Below, in pieces: positions 56,001 to 64,000 of a DNA stretch of 64,000 bases (the stretch's first letter is position 1; each line of letters starts with the position of its first letter). The stretch lies in the NCBI GenBank assembly GCA_934725835.1, contig CAKVCR010000001.1:4276-68275 (forward strand), in the 5' to 3' direction. A program made the position numbers and the translations under genes. The notes below the pieces were generated by a model. The model had not been told where the DNA came from and did no database searches. It saw only the letters and a list, made by a program, of their open reading frames with translations. Source of the stretch: an uncultured Odoribacter sp. GTDB taxonomy: Bacteria > Bacteroidota > Bacteroidia > Bacteroidales > Marinifilaceae.

Positions 56001-56042
56001 GGTGGAAGTAAATTTGCTAAAGGTAAATATAGATGGACGTAA
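50079..56042 (+). CDS. tail tape measure protein, exon 2 (frame open from 50034; first ATG 50154)
   Basis: Ala-rich and hydrophobic segments (GWAILAAGAIFGVVKVV), TLVGELGREIVVDP motif, Ser-rich linker, long coiled coils and a CW_7-like VALAIWNGNYGWGTGNTRVSRLQAKGFDANRVQSIVNQM. There is no RBS before ATG 50154. Confidence 0.8.
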   Translation, partial: QLQNLGNVGKVFLDLKSYASACEATMTAMDFSQIGSSLSQFSAEAIAAGASMASLSAEQTAAALAAAGYSSIETAAAMATAGYDAATVAAALSTQGLTTEQIAGAMSATQFTASQIAAALAAQGVGESAIIAALEATGLSSAEAAAAVTAGTMAAANGTAAVATAGLAASLKAAAAGLATFLLTNPVGWAILAAGAIFGVVKVVDALTESFDEACDKASEARSTYETALNDVKDVESKQDSLRSKVEELATEHGVTFTDEDTIQDIINKLKELNLSATDAQSLSALETTNAQLSSQLAIKQKIAEYDQQEAAKAANNVLNKNRTWGTGEYDVDMYSGTSYEKMQSGTIVDETLSKRERLTSVEQQLTDYYKQQQDLIDSGQDKTSKWYQSATEYEKVTGNIKDLEKERDSLTSDIKDNLSVISDNYDSLLNENGEALPGFEKEKEKIDSLYDSVLDASDANQQLSESESEAADSAKKVSDIYSQASASITQTADAAMTASQTLISGISAAQEAIAGQQNGKSISLADFNSDELKDYQGALEYVNGTMQLNAEKVREIAKAKADEQVAINNSNKALEQAKYLENAKEIEQLRASLASASDSEKASIQESIDALLAENSAIADTCKQYDLLSTSIQEAVGSYQNWLNAQGGSDYGDMANDAVSAIQRIRDTYDSNSDVFGDFGSKKFEAAIDFIVPDSVGGDDLSAIESYMSDFKQYLKFDDNGAVDGLNIDKFLENSVNAGLMKYSEDDGFQVLGGKKMEDFAEGLNMSSGMVQAFFDELQLKGADFDWGDEAVKTIGDLAVEANEAAESLRQVDGNSDLKIKMDVSDLSTTEEQISALDATIAEMDAVKARPDVDASSIENANSVIQYCLTQKQLLSQPDVMRVDTSQVEGEISNAISLLQQFQTATNDLEIKQKVGADTTEAESKVNSLASEIEGISPDIKAKLDIDSTSVDSIKSSIAGLSAETINVKANVDASAIEGYNPDSKKCDVIYDPKTDALPESFDAINRDVNYVPHTGSLPESFTTLTRYVNYVKTGAVDVNGTAHVSGTAKAGGDWGTAPGGKTLVGELGREIVVDPHTGRWYTVGDNGAEFRDIPAGAIVFNHVQSESLLENGYVAGRAAALVSGTALVTGGYKPYKPSSSSTSKTSSKSSSKSSSGSSGSKSSSSRSSGSSSKSSSSSSNSSSEKDFEQTFDWIEIAINRISEAIDRVKVKAESAFKTLTKRNNAAAEEISLITDKINTQNSAYTRYMQQANSVGLSSDWQNKVKNGTIDISTITDEDLSDKIKDFQEFYEKAIEAKDAVADLHEEIAKLYADRFSNISTDFDNQLALVQHLTDTYNTGLDTLEAKGLKGSKVYYQALQKAEKENQAILQKELVDLTESFNQAMASGEIEKGSEQWYEMQKSINDVKEAIDESNLSLLEYQKTMRELDWEYFDYMEDRISNITDEADFLIDLMANGKLFDDKGQMTDTGMATMGLHGQNYNVDMAQADQYAKAIKELNAEIAKDPYNTDLIERRQELLELQRKSILAAEDEKQAMIDLVKDGIEAQLDSLKDLIDAYTDSLDSAKDLYDYQKKVKEQSDEIASLQKQLSAYAGDNSEETKATIQKIQVDLSKAMEELQETEYEQYISDQKKLLDELYTEYETILNARLDDVDALISDMIDTINANSSSIGDTIQQECANVGYTLTESMNSIWTNEGGAFAVISKYGDQFLTQNTSTLNAILGIKAYTDALIAKADAEAKAKAEATKKQTEASKPASQPSKPSNNTPSTPSKPARTDKDYYGVALAIWNGNYGWGTGNTRVSRLQAKGFDANRVQSIVNQMGREGYVRSGAWVGRYQGIRDLSPYHYNKYAVGLKNAPKAENAWVNELGNESIIKPSENAIVTHIAKGDSVLTADATRNIWDMASDPSDFINRNLLTNGLMSGIGNIGGNTFGDINIDIPIEYVQDYNDFVTQLQKDNKFERMIQDMTIGRINGGSKFAKGKYRWT

Positions 56043-56046
56043 TTAT

Positions 56047-56077
56047 GGGGAGTGCTTTTGCACTCTCCTATTTTATT
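56047..56077 (+). terminator. hairpin with U-rich tail after tape measure gene
   Basis: GGGGAGTGC-tttt-GCACTCTCC followed by TATTTTATT. Confidence 0.55.
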
Positions 56078-56093
56078 AGGGGAGAAAACTACA

Positions 56094-56390
56094 ATGGAAA
56101 ATATTCTACAAAGAAGAAAATTAAATAGACTCACTAAGTCTAACGAGACACTGACACGTATCAATAAAGAGTTGACCGATGAGAATAATTCTTTGAAGCA
56201 AAAAATCGCATCTCTTGAAAAAACAATTACTGATATTCAAGGGTTAGAAGAAACGTATCGTTCTTGTATAGAAGAGACTAAACAGTTAAAGGAAAAATAT
56301 GCTGATTCCGTCAAGGAAATCAATAAGATGAAGACGGACTATCAGAAACAAATGAAATCTCTTTTAAGAGATATGAGAAAACAAAAATAA
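56094..56390 (+). CDS. coiled-coil protein
   Basis: GGGGAG RBS before ATG 56094. The track start 56052 is a TTG inside the hairpin. Confidence 0.6.
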   Translation: MENILQRRKLNRLTKSNETLTRINKELTDENNSLKQKIASLEKTITDIQGLEETYRSCIEETKQLKEKYADSVKEINKMKTDYQKQMKSLLRDMRKQK

Positions 56391-56410
56391 AAGGAAGGTG
56401 CTGATGTGCT

Positions 56411-57229
56411 ATGTATGCTTTAGATTTTGAATATGACGGTCAGTATCTCAGTGATTATGGATTTATAATCTGTAATTTTGACGGTTCATCTGGAATGGAA
56501 ACTGTAAGTGCTGGATCTTCTGTTACTTTTAACAAAGTCGCAAGGCATTCTGGGAAAAAGTATGGATTAACAAGCACTCAGTACGATGAATGTATCGAAG
56601 CCACTTTTTGTATTGGTAAAGATCCTGCTGTTTACGGAAAAGATAATATGCAAATTACCAATGATGAATATAGGGATTTGATGCGTTGGTTAAATCGCCG
56701 GGAATTCTTGAAGTTTCAGCTTCTTGGCGGTGATGATTATGACGGAGAGACTTGTTATTATGAGGCAAGTTTCAATATTGGAAAAATAAAAATTGCAGAA
56801 GTTCTATATGGTATGGAACTTACAATGGAAACAAATAAGCCTTTTGGATATGGACAAGAACAATCTATTACTTGGAATGTCAGTGATCCCACAAAGTCAT
56901 ATATTTTATCAGACATTTCAGATGAAATAGGATCTACATATCCTTCTATGGTTATTGAGATAAATTCAAATGGTAATCTTTCACTTCATAATGAAATGGA
57001 GGATTGCACAATGGTTATTAACAATTGTCAAGTCGGTGAAATAATTACAATTGATGGAGATACACAAGTTATTAAATCATCTCTTGACAGTCATCATATA
57101 TATGATGATTTTAACTTTGAATTTTTTAGGATTGGAAATACTATTACGAGTCGAAGTAATAAATTAACTTGTACATTACCATGTAAGATAGAGTTTAAGT
57201 ATTCACCCATCATAAAAGATTCTATTTAA
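56411..57229 (+). CDS. putative distal tail protein (Dit)
   Basis: 272-aa ORF immediately after the TMP region. The assignment is by position and size. Confidence 0.5.
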   Translation: MYALDFEYDGQYLSDYGFIICNFDGSSGMETVSAGSSVTFNKVARHSGKKYGLTSTQYDECIEATFCIGKDPAVYGKDNMQITNDEYRDLMRWLNRREFLKFQLLGGDDYDGETCYYEASFNIGKIKIAEVLYGMELTMETNKPFGYGQEQSITWNVSDPTKSYILSDISDEIGSTYPSMVIEINSNGNLSLHNEMEDCTMVINNCQVGEIITIDGDTQVIKSSLDSHHIYDDFNFEFFRIGNTITSRSNKLTCTLPCKIEFKYSPIIKDSI

Positions 57230-57263
57230 TTTTTTCTTTTTGGTTGTAAAGGAGTGAATACAT

Positions 57264-60200
57264 ATGGCGGTAAGAATTAGATTTGACAACACGCACAATA
57301 TCATTCCACCGACATTTGTATTGGCAAACAGAAGTGGAGAAAAATATGGCATTGTTCCTGCATCTAATATTAGATATGGTGACAATTTTAATTCATATGG
57401 CGAATTATCTTTTGATGTTTATAAATATCAAAATGGAAAAGAATATCACTTATGGAATAAATTACAAAATTTTAAATTGCTTTGGTGTCGAGAATATAAT
57501 ACTTGGTTTGAGATAACTGTTGCAATAGATGAAAGTAATGATTTGGTTAAAAATATAGAAGCCAAATCTTTAGGAGAATGTGAAACTTCTCAAATTATGT
57601 TATACGGAATAGAAATCAATACGGAAGATGACATTAGCCGTGATGATTATAAGCCAACTATACTATATGATCCAGACAATAAGGACGCATCTTTACTTCA
57701 TAGAATTATGGAAAAAGCACCCAATTACAAAATATCACATGTAGATACAAGTATAAAGACAATCCAAAGAACATTTTCTTTCGATGGCACAAGCCTTTAC
57801 GATGCTTTTCAGGAAATTGCAAAAGAAATCAATTGTATTTTCATTTTCAATAATGGGATTACTGCTGATGGTAAAATCGCAAGGGAAATTAGCGTATATG
57901 ATTTGGAGTCCTATTGTCTTGCATGTGGACATCGTGATGAATTTTCACATAAATGTCCTAAATGTGGTAGTGAAAACATCTTATCTGGATATGGGAATGA
58001 AACCAATATTTTTGTTTCTGTAGACAATCTTGCCGAAGATGTAAATTATAAAACAGATACGGATTCTGTAAAAAACTGTTTTAGACTTGAGGCTGGCGAT
58101 GATCTTATGACAGCCACAATAAGAAACTGTAATCCTAATGGTAGTGGATATATTTGGTATATTTCAGATGAATTGAAATCTGATATGTCTGATGAACTTG
58201 CAACCAAACTGGATGAATATGATAAGTTGTATAATTATTATCAAAACGAGTATATTGCAGAAATTGATGCGTCCGTTCTTGAGAAATATAATTCACTGAT
58301 TGATAAGTATTACGAAACGAATAAGGATTTAGAGAAAATCCCAACAAGTGTTACTGGTTATCCGTCTCTCATGAATGCTTATTATAATACTATTGATTTG
58401 TATTTATATTTGAATGATTCCATGATGCCAGATTCTTCTCAACAAAATACTACGGCAGAACGTGAAGCTGCAAAACTTGGTTATTCTTCTCTTTCGCCTG
58501 TTGCTGTAACAGATTTAAAAAAAGCATCTGCTTCTACTGTAAATTCTGCTGTATTGGCTATGGCTAAAACAATTGTTGATTCACGTTATCAAGTCAAAAT
58601 AAAGGAAAGCACTTATAGCGATAACCATGTTTGGACTGGTAACTTCACGATAACAAATTATTCCGATGAAGAAGATACTGCCGTAAGTTCATTGACAAAT
58701 GTTACTGTAAATGACGAATATCAAGTTTTTGTAGAACAGAAATTAAAAAAATCATTAAGTTCTGCTTCTGATTCTGCAACAAATGTAACTGATTTATTCA
58801 AACTTAGTTTAAGTACTTTTATCACTGAGATTAAAAAGTATTGTTTATCTCGATTGACATCATTTCATGATTCATGTCAGTCTTGCATAAATATTTTGAT
58901 CGAACAAGGTATTTCCAATAAAGACGCTTGGGAAAATCAAGTGCCTGATTTGTATGCTAATTTATATCAACCATATTACGATAAATTACTTGCTCTTGAA
59001 GACGAAATCAAATTAAGAGAGTCTGAGATTGCAATTGTTACTGGAACATATGATAAAGATGGCGATGTGAAAATAATTGGTATGCAAATTATTATAGACA
59101 ACGAGAAATTAACAATTCAAGATACTTTGGATTTTGAAAAATATCTTGGTGATTTGTGGTTGGATTTTGTTTCATATCGTAGAGATGATACATATTCAAA
59201 TGACAATTATATTTCTGATGGATTAAATAACAAAGAGTTATATGATAATGCCTTTGAATTTATAAAATCTGCTCAAAAAGAGATATGTAAATCTGCTACT
59301 ATGCAGCATACAATAACTGCTTCTCTGAAAAACCTTTTGGCTATGAAAGAATTTGAGCCAATTTACGATTACTTTGAAGTAGGAAATTGGATTAGAATTC
59401 GTGTTGATAAACAAATATATAAGTTACGCTTGGTTTCTTATAGTATTGAGTATGACAGTATTGATGACATTGACATTGAATTTTCTGATGTGAAAACTGG
59501 TCTTGGGTATATGTCTGATGTTGACAGTATTTTAAATCAGTCAAAGTCTTTAACGAGTTCATATAATGGTGTTGCACATCAAGCAAATCAAGGAAAGAAA
59601 AGTAAGCAACAACTTGAAGACTGGGTAACAAAAGGTTTAGCACTTACCAAAATGAAAATTATTGATAATGCAGACAATCAGAATATTACCTGGGATTCTC
59701 ATGGTCTTCTTTGTAAAGAATATCTTCCTATTACAGATGACTATGATGATAAGCAGTTAAAAATCATAAATCGTGGATTATACCTCACCGATGACAATTG
59801 GAAAACTTCCAAAGCTGGCATTGGTGATTTTACTTTCTATAATCCTGAGTCTGGTGAAATGGAAGAAGCCTACGGGGTAATTGCTGATACCCTTGTTGGT
59901 AACTTGATTTTGTCAGAAAAAGTAGGCGTGTATAATACTCAAAATTCTATCACTATGGACGAACATGGTTTGACCATTACTACAGATGCAACATCTGAGG
60001 GTGCGAATATAATGGCATTAACCGTTCAACGAAAAACTTTGGATTCCGATAACAATGAGGTCACTACTCCTGTCATGTATTTGGATGGTAACGGAAATTT
60101 AGTTTTGACGGGTTCTCTTAGAATTCAGGCTGCTTCCGATACATCTATAAATACATTGAATGACTTATGTGATATCAATAGGTTTGGTGAACAGATTTCA

Positions 60201-60551
60201 AATGCCGTTCATACTGAATCTAAGTTTATTTATAGCGAGATAGACCAAAAGTATAAAGATATCATTGATGAAGCAACTAATCAGTTGGAAAGTTATAAGG
60301 CTGATATTGGTCAATATATGCAATTTAACGATGATGGATTGACTCTTGGAGCATTAACTTCCGCATTTAAAACAGTTATTGATAACAGAGGTATGTACTT
60401 CAAAGAAGGAGATACAACCGTTGCATATATCAATAACAATCAATTATACATTCCTAATGCCGTTGTTGAGAACGCTTTAATTCTGGGTAAATTTTTCTTT
60501 AACCCTCATTCAAATGGTGATGGAGGTGTTTCTCTGACATGGCAAGGATAA
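57264..60551 (+). CDS. putative tail-associated lysin / baseplate hub (Tal-like) with embedded zinc ribbon
   Basis: 1095-aa ORF following the Dit-like gene. Contains CLACGHRDEFSHKCPKCGSEN at about 57913-57975. Confidence 0.5.
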   Translation: MAVRIRFDNTHNIIPPTFVLANRSGEKYGIVPASNIRYGDNFNSYGELSFDVYKYQNGKEYHLWNKLQNFKLLWCREYNTWFEITVAIDESNDLVKNIEAKSLGECETSQIMLYGIEINTEDDISRDDYKPTILYDPDNKDASLLHRIMEKAPNYKISHVDTSIKTIQRTFSFDGTSLYDAFQEIAKEINCIFIFNNGITADGKIAREISVYDLESYCLACGHRDEFSHKCPKCGSENILSGYGNETNIFVSVDNLAEDVNYKTDTDSVKNCFRLEAGDDLMTATIRNCNPNGSGYIWYISDELKSDMSDELATKLDEYDKLYNYYQNEYIAEIDASVLEKYNSLIDKYYETNKDLEKIPTSVTGYPSLMNAYYNTIDLYLYLNDSMMPDSSQQNTTAEREAAKLGYSSLSPVAVTDLKKASASTVNSAVLAMAKTIVDSRYQVKIKESTYSDNHVWTGNFTITNYSDEEDTAVSSLTNVTVNDEYQVFVEQKLKKSLSSASDSATNVTDLFKLSLSTFITEIKKYCLSRLTSFHDSCQSCINILIEQGISNKDAWENQVPDLYANLYQPYYDKLLALEDEIKLRESEIAIVTGTYDKDGDVKIIGMQIIIDNEKLTIQDTLDFEKYLGDLWLDFVSYRRDDTYSNDNYISDGLNNKELYDNAFEFIKSAQKEICKSATMQHTITASLKNLLAMKEFEPIYDYFEVGNWIRIRVDKQIYKLRLVSYSIEYDSIDDIDIEFSDVKTGLGYMSDVDSILNQSKSLTSSYNGVAHQANQGKKSKQQLEDWVTKGLALTKMKIIDNADNQNITWDSHGLLCKEYLPITDDYDDKQLKIINRGLYLTDDNWKTSKAGIGDFTFYNPESGEMEEAYGVIADTLVGNLILSEKVGVYNTQNSITMDEHGLTITTDATSEGANIMALTVQRKTLDSDNNEVTTPVMYLDGNGNLVLTGSLRIQAASDTSINTLNDLCDINRFGEQISNAVHTESKFIYSEIDQKYKDIIDEATNQLESYKADIGQYMQFNDDGLTLGALTSAFKTVIDNRGMYFKEGDTTVAYINNNQLYIPNAVVENALILGKFFFNPHSNGDGGVSLTWQG

Positions 60552-60576
60552 ATATAGATAAAAGGAGGTGTACCAA

Positions 60577-62040
60577 ATGGCTTTAAGTGGCACAGTCAAT
60601 TCAAGTAATTATGAAGGTCGATATGTACAGCTAACATGGTCTGCTACTCAGTCTGTTGCCAATAACAACTCTACGATTTCGTGGGAATTAAAAGGTGCTG
60701 GACAAGGACAAGCTGGTTGGTACATGTCTGGTGGGTTCTATGTAGAAATTGCAGGAAATGTAGTGTGTAATTGGTCAACTGATACACGTATTAAGTTATA
60801 TAATGGTACTTCTATTGCAAGTGGTTCGCTTACAATTGGTCACAATGATGATGGTAGTAGATCATTTTCTGTAAACATACAAGCTGGTATTTATACATAT
60901 GCAAGAAACTGTAGTGGTTCTGGAAATTTTACGCTTAATACGATTGCCAGAGCTTCTCAGCCATCTTGTATTACTTATCCAAATAACACACAAAATGTAG
61001 GTGATATTGGTGGTTCTTTTTATATTCATATGAATAAAAAAGCAAACTTCAAACATACTGTTCGTTATGCGTGGGGAAACTTATCTGAAACAATTGCAAC
61101 AGGTGTTGGGGATAATGTTCAATGGACAATACCGCTCAACTTTGCTAATCAGATTCCAAATTCTACCTCTGGTTGGGGAACAATTTATGTAGATACATAT
61201 AATGGTTCAACGAAGATTGGAACGAAATCATGTAGGTTTGATGCAACTGTTCCAGCTTCAATGAAACCTACTATTAAGTCTGCTTCTGTTGAGGTGGATA
61301 ATAGCGCAAATTCTGTCATTAAAGAATGGGGATTATATGTTGCTGGGTATTCAAAAGTAAAAGTTAGTGCTACCGCAGATGGATCATATGGTTCTACGGT
61401 TAGTAGTTTTACCATAAGTGGTGGATATTCTACAACTCAGTCTGGGGCTTCATTGTCATATACTGGTGATAAACTTACATCTTCTGGTGACAAGAGTTTT
61501 ACTGTCGTTGCAAAGGATAGCCGTGGGCGTTCATCAGATTCTAAAAGTGCCGGAAATATTACTGTATACGCATATAGTAAGCCTTCTATTTCTGCATTTT
61601 CAGTTCAAAGAGGTTCTACATCAAAGAAAGTAGTCGTTAATGCAAATTGGAGTTTCTCGTCTGTTAATGGTAAGAATAGTGTAACTGCCACTCTTTTCTA
61701 TAAACAGTCAACTTCAAATTCATGGTCAACTTACGGAACAATAACAAAAGGTGAGAGCATTACGCTTGATGCAGAATTTGCCGAAGAACACAGCTATAAC
61801 TTTAAATTGGTTGTAAAAGATGCTGTCGGAAATTCAGTGCAAATTGAATCCTTTATTTCCACTATTGATGTTCTGCTTGATTTTAGAGCCGGTGGTAAAG
61901 GTCTTGGTATTGGAAAAATTGCAGAATCAGATGCAATGGAAGTAAATATGGACGCAATATTCATGAAAGGGATTTATGTGTATGACGATAAGGGTAATGC
62001 GATTACCCTAGAGAATTATATTAAATCGTTGATTAAATAG
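60577..62040 (+). CDS. putative receptor-binding / tail fibre protein (DUF859-like N-terminus)
   Basis: AGGAGGTG RBS before ATG 60577. The N-terminal SGTVNSSNYEGRYVQLTWSATQSVANNNSTISWELKG pattern resembles siphovirus DUF859 proteins. Confidence 0.45.
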   Translation: MALSGTVNSSNYEGRYVQLTWSATQSVANNNSTISWELKGAGQGQAGWYMSGGFYVEIAGNVVCNWSTDTRIKLYNGTSIASGSLTIGHNDDGSRSFSVNIQAGIYTYARNCSGSGNFTLNTIARASQPSCITYPNNTQNVGDIGGSFYIHMNKKANFKHTVRYAWGNLSETIATGVGDNVQWTIPLNFANQIPNSTSGWGTIYVDTYNGSTKIGTKSCRFDATVPASMKPTIKSASVEVDNSANSVIKEWGLYVAGYSKVKVSATADGSYGSTVSSFTISGGYSTTQSGASLSYTGDKLTSSGDKSFTVVAKDSRGRSSDSKSAGNITVYAYSKPSISAFSVQRGSTSKKVVVNANWSFSSVNGKNSVTATLFYKQSTSNSWSTYGTITKGESITLDAEFAEEHSYNFKLVVKDAVGNSVQIESFISTIDVLLDFRAGGKGLGIGKIAESDAMEVNMDAIFMKGIYVYDDKGNAITLENYIKSLIK

Positions 62041-62050
62041 GTGATAATAA

Positions 62051-62263
62051 ATGGAGAAACCAATTACAGTTGCGAAAAAGGAATTCGAGGATAAATTAAC
62101 AGACTTGATAAATACATCTGGTCTTCCACCGATTATCCTCTCTCCTATTTTCAAAGAATTTCATAACAATATAAAACTCATGGAAAAACGGCAGCTTGAC
62201 GCTGATACCGAAAGATACATGAAGTTTTTAGAAGAAAATGGTGGTAAAGATGAAGTATCTTAG
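62051..62263 (+). CDS. hypothetical protein
   Basis: 70-aa ORF with AGGTGA RBS. Confidence 0.6.
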   Translation: MEKPITVAKKEFEDKLTDLINTSGLPPIILSPIFKEFHNNIKLMEKRQLDADTERYMKFLEENGGKDEVS

Positions 62264-62654
62264 TCAAAGGGAATATGAGCGAAAACTCAAAGAGGTTCAA
62301 CGTGAGAATGAATCCATTGATAGATACAACAAACTCAAAAAGGAAAAACGCAAAGTATCTATTGATATAAAGAAGCCAACAACAGATAAGTTAATCGCAA
62401 TTTATCTGTTCATTATATTAAATATAATCCTTGTGTATTCTATGATAAGCATGTGGAATTTTGCAGATTTGTCTTGCCTGGGTGTTTTAGTTACTGATAT
62501 TGCTGGTCAAGTAATTACCTATTATATATATGCAAAAAAAGCCACAGCTCAGAATACCAAAGGTGGCATTACATACGACATGGCGATGTTGGAGCATGGA
62601 TTATCAGACGTAAATAATGATGTTGGTACTTCTGATAGTTCTGCACAAGGTTAG
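62250..62654 (+). CDS. putative holin (two TM segments)
   Basis: LIAIYLFIILNIILVYSMISMW and LGVLVTDIAGQVITYYIY hydrophobic helices. It lies upstream of the endolysin. Confidence 0.5.
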   Translation: MKYLSQREYERKLKEVQRENESIDRYNKLKKEKRKVSIDIKKPTTDKLIAIYLFIILNIILVYSMISMWNFADLSCLGVLVTDIAGQVITYYIYAKKATAQNTKGGITYDMAMLEHGLSDVNNDVGTSDSSAQG

Positions 62655-62665
62655 GAGGAAGCATT

Positions 62666-63055
62666 ATGCAGGGAGTACAGAACTTTTTGCAGTTGTTAAA
62701 TGACAACTGGATTACAATTCTTGTTTGTCTTGGTTGTGTTGCTGGTATTGTGAGAAAAACTGTTGATTTCTTTTCTAAGTCAGATGACGAAAAAGTAGAA
62801 ATCGCAAAATCTCAGATTCAGGAAACAATCTTGAAAATGATTTCTGATGCAGAATGTGAATGGGAAGATTGGAATGCTGCTGGTTCTATCAAACGTTCAC
62901 AGGTTATCGAAGAGATTTATAGAAAATATCCTATTCTTTCAAAGGTTAAGGATCAGGCTGCTTTGACAGAATGGATTGATAATCAAATCAAAGAATCTCT
63001 TAAAACATTGAGAGAAATTGTTGCGACAAACACAGAAGATTCTAAAACTGAATAA
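62666..63055 (+). CDS. putative holin-like / lysis accessory protein (one N-terminal TM)
   Basis: WITILVCLGCVAGIV TM helix followed by a charged tail. AGGAGG RBS. Confidence 0.45.
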   Translation: MQGVQNFLQLLNDNWITILVCLGCVAGIVRKTVDFFSKSDDEKVEIAKSQIQETILKMISDAECEWEDWNAAGSIKRSQVIEEIYRKYPILSKVKDQAALTEWIDNQIKESLKTLREIVATNTEDSKTE

Positions 63056-63067
63056 GAACTGTTGATT

Positions 63068-63096
63068 GAGGGTGGCTGATAACCACTCTCTTTTTT
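63068..63096 (+). terminator. hairpin plus T-run
   Basis: GAGGGTGG-ctgataa-CCACTCTC followed by TTTTTT. Confidence 0.6.
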
Positions 63097-63110
63097 ATAA
63101 GGAGTAAATT

Positions 63111-64000
63111 ATGAGTTTACATGGAAATTCTGTAGAGGAAAGAATATGGAATTATCTTTATGAAAAAATCGGGAACAAATTTGGTGTAGCTGGTTTAATG
63201 GGCAATCTTTACGCTGAATCTGGACTTATTTTTAATCGTGTAGAAATGCTTTGTTTGAAGCGATTAAAAGAAAACGGAAAAACCTATACGGATGCCACTT
63301 ATACTGCCGATGTTGACAGTGGAAAGATTAGCAGAGCTGAATTCTTAAATCCACTTCCAGGCAAAGTATATGGCTATTCAATCGCCCAATGGACAAGTAC
63401 CAATAGAAAAGCCGGATTATATGATTCCGCAAAAGCTAAAGGCGTTTCTATTGCAGACGAAGAGAACTGTTTGGAATTCTTATTAACAGAGTTGAATGGT
63501 TCTTATAAATCTGTAATGTCTGTTTTGAAAAATGCAAAATCTGTCCGTGAAGCATCCGACATTGTATTGAAGAAATTTGAAGTACCGGCAAACATGGGTA
63601 CTTCTGTTCAGGAGAAACGTGCTAGTTACGGACAAAATTATTACAATAAATACGCCAAAATAAATGGCGTATCATCATTAGGAGGTAACACTATGACTGA
63701 AAGCGAATTAAGACGTAAAGTTGCTACTTGGCTTGACAGCTATCTTGGTTGTGCTGAAGGCTCTGCTAAACATAGAGAAATTCTTTCTATCTTCAATAAC
63801 AGTAGACTTTGCACACGATATACCATGACAGTAAATGATGCTTGGTGTGCTACTGCTGTTTCTGCTGCATTTATCGCATGTGGTTTGACAAGCATTTTCC
63901 CATGTGTTGAATGCTCATGTAACAACATGATTACAAAAGCGAAAAACGCCGGAATCTGGATTGAGAATGATGCCTATGTTCCAAAGGTCGGAGATGTTAT
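63111..64000 (+). CDS. endolysin (partial): lysozyme-like N-terminal domain plus CHAP-like domain
   Basis: Hand translation from ATG 63111 (AAGGAG RBS) is open to the window end. GVAGLMGNLYAESGL resembles the phage lysozyme-2 type. Later NDAWCATAVSAAF resembles a CHAP catalytic Cys region. It is absent from the ORF track because no stop lies in the window. Confidence 0.65.
   Translation, partial: MSLHGNSVEERIWNYLYEKIGNKFGVAGLMGNLYAESGLIFNRVEMLCLKRLKENGKTYTDATYTADVDSGKISRAEFLNPLPGKVYGYSIAQWTSTNRKAGLYDSAKAKGVSIADEENCLEFLLTELNGSYKSVMSVLKNAKSVREASDIVLKKFEVPANMGTSVQEKRASYGQNYYNKYAKINGVSSLGGNTMTESELRRKVATWLDSYLGCAEGSAKHREILSIFNNSRLCTRYTMTVNDAWCATAVSAAFIACGLTSIFPCVECSCNNMITKAKNAGIWIENDAYVPKVGDV

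Overview
This is an AT-rich dsDNA phage or prophage segment. It most resembles a large siphovirus of a low-GC Gram-positive host (GGAGG-type RBSs, TTGACA/TATAAT promoters, CW_7-like and CHAP-like wall-directed domains). Layout: (i) 1-19.6 kb holds about 40 small, mostly unknown early genes, all on the minus strand, arranged as repeated promoter-leader-gene-terminator cassettes. They include a DUF262/ParB-like protein, an HNH nuclease, a 987-aa N6-adenine methyltransferase-SNF2 helicase fusion, a lipoprotein and a J-domain protein. (ii) 19.6-20.9 kb is a 1.25-kb non-coding divergent control region with two TA-only blocks and iteron-like repeats. (iii) 20.9-27.2 kb (plus strand) encodes a 939-aa protein with a DFDGD motif that I read as a YonO/RdRP-like single-subunit RNA polymerase, a Cys-rich partner and a metallophosphoesterase. 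(iv) 27.4-31.7 kb holds 21 tRNA genes interleaved with six copies of an unannotated stem-closed RNA module and a beta-CASP RNase gene. (v) 31.7-64 kb holds packaging, head, tail and lysis genes. A tyrosine recombinase sits inside the tail module. A roughly 2,700-aa tape measure gene appears to be interrupted by a 1,036-nt group I intron carrying an antisense zinc-ribbon ORF. All functional calls come from motif recognition and hand folding or translation; no database search or folding program was run. tRNA and motif coordinates may be off by 1-2 nt.
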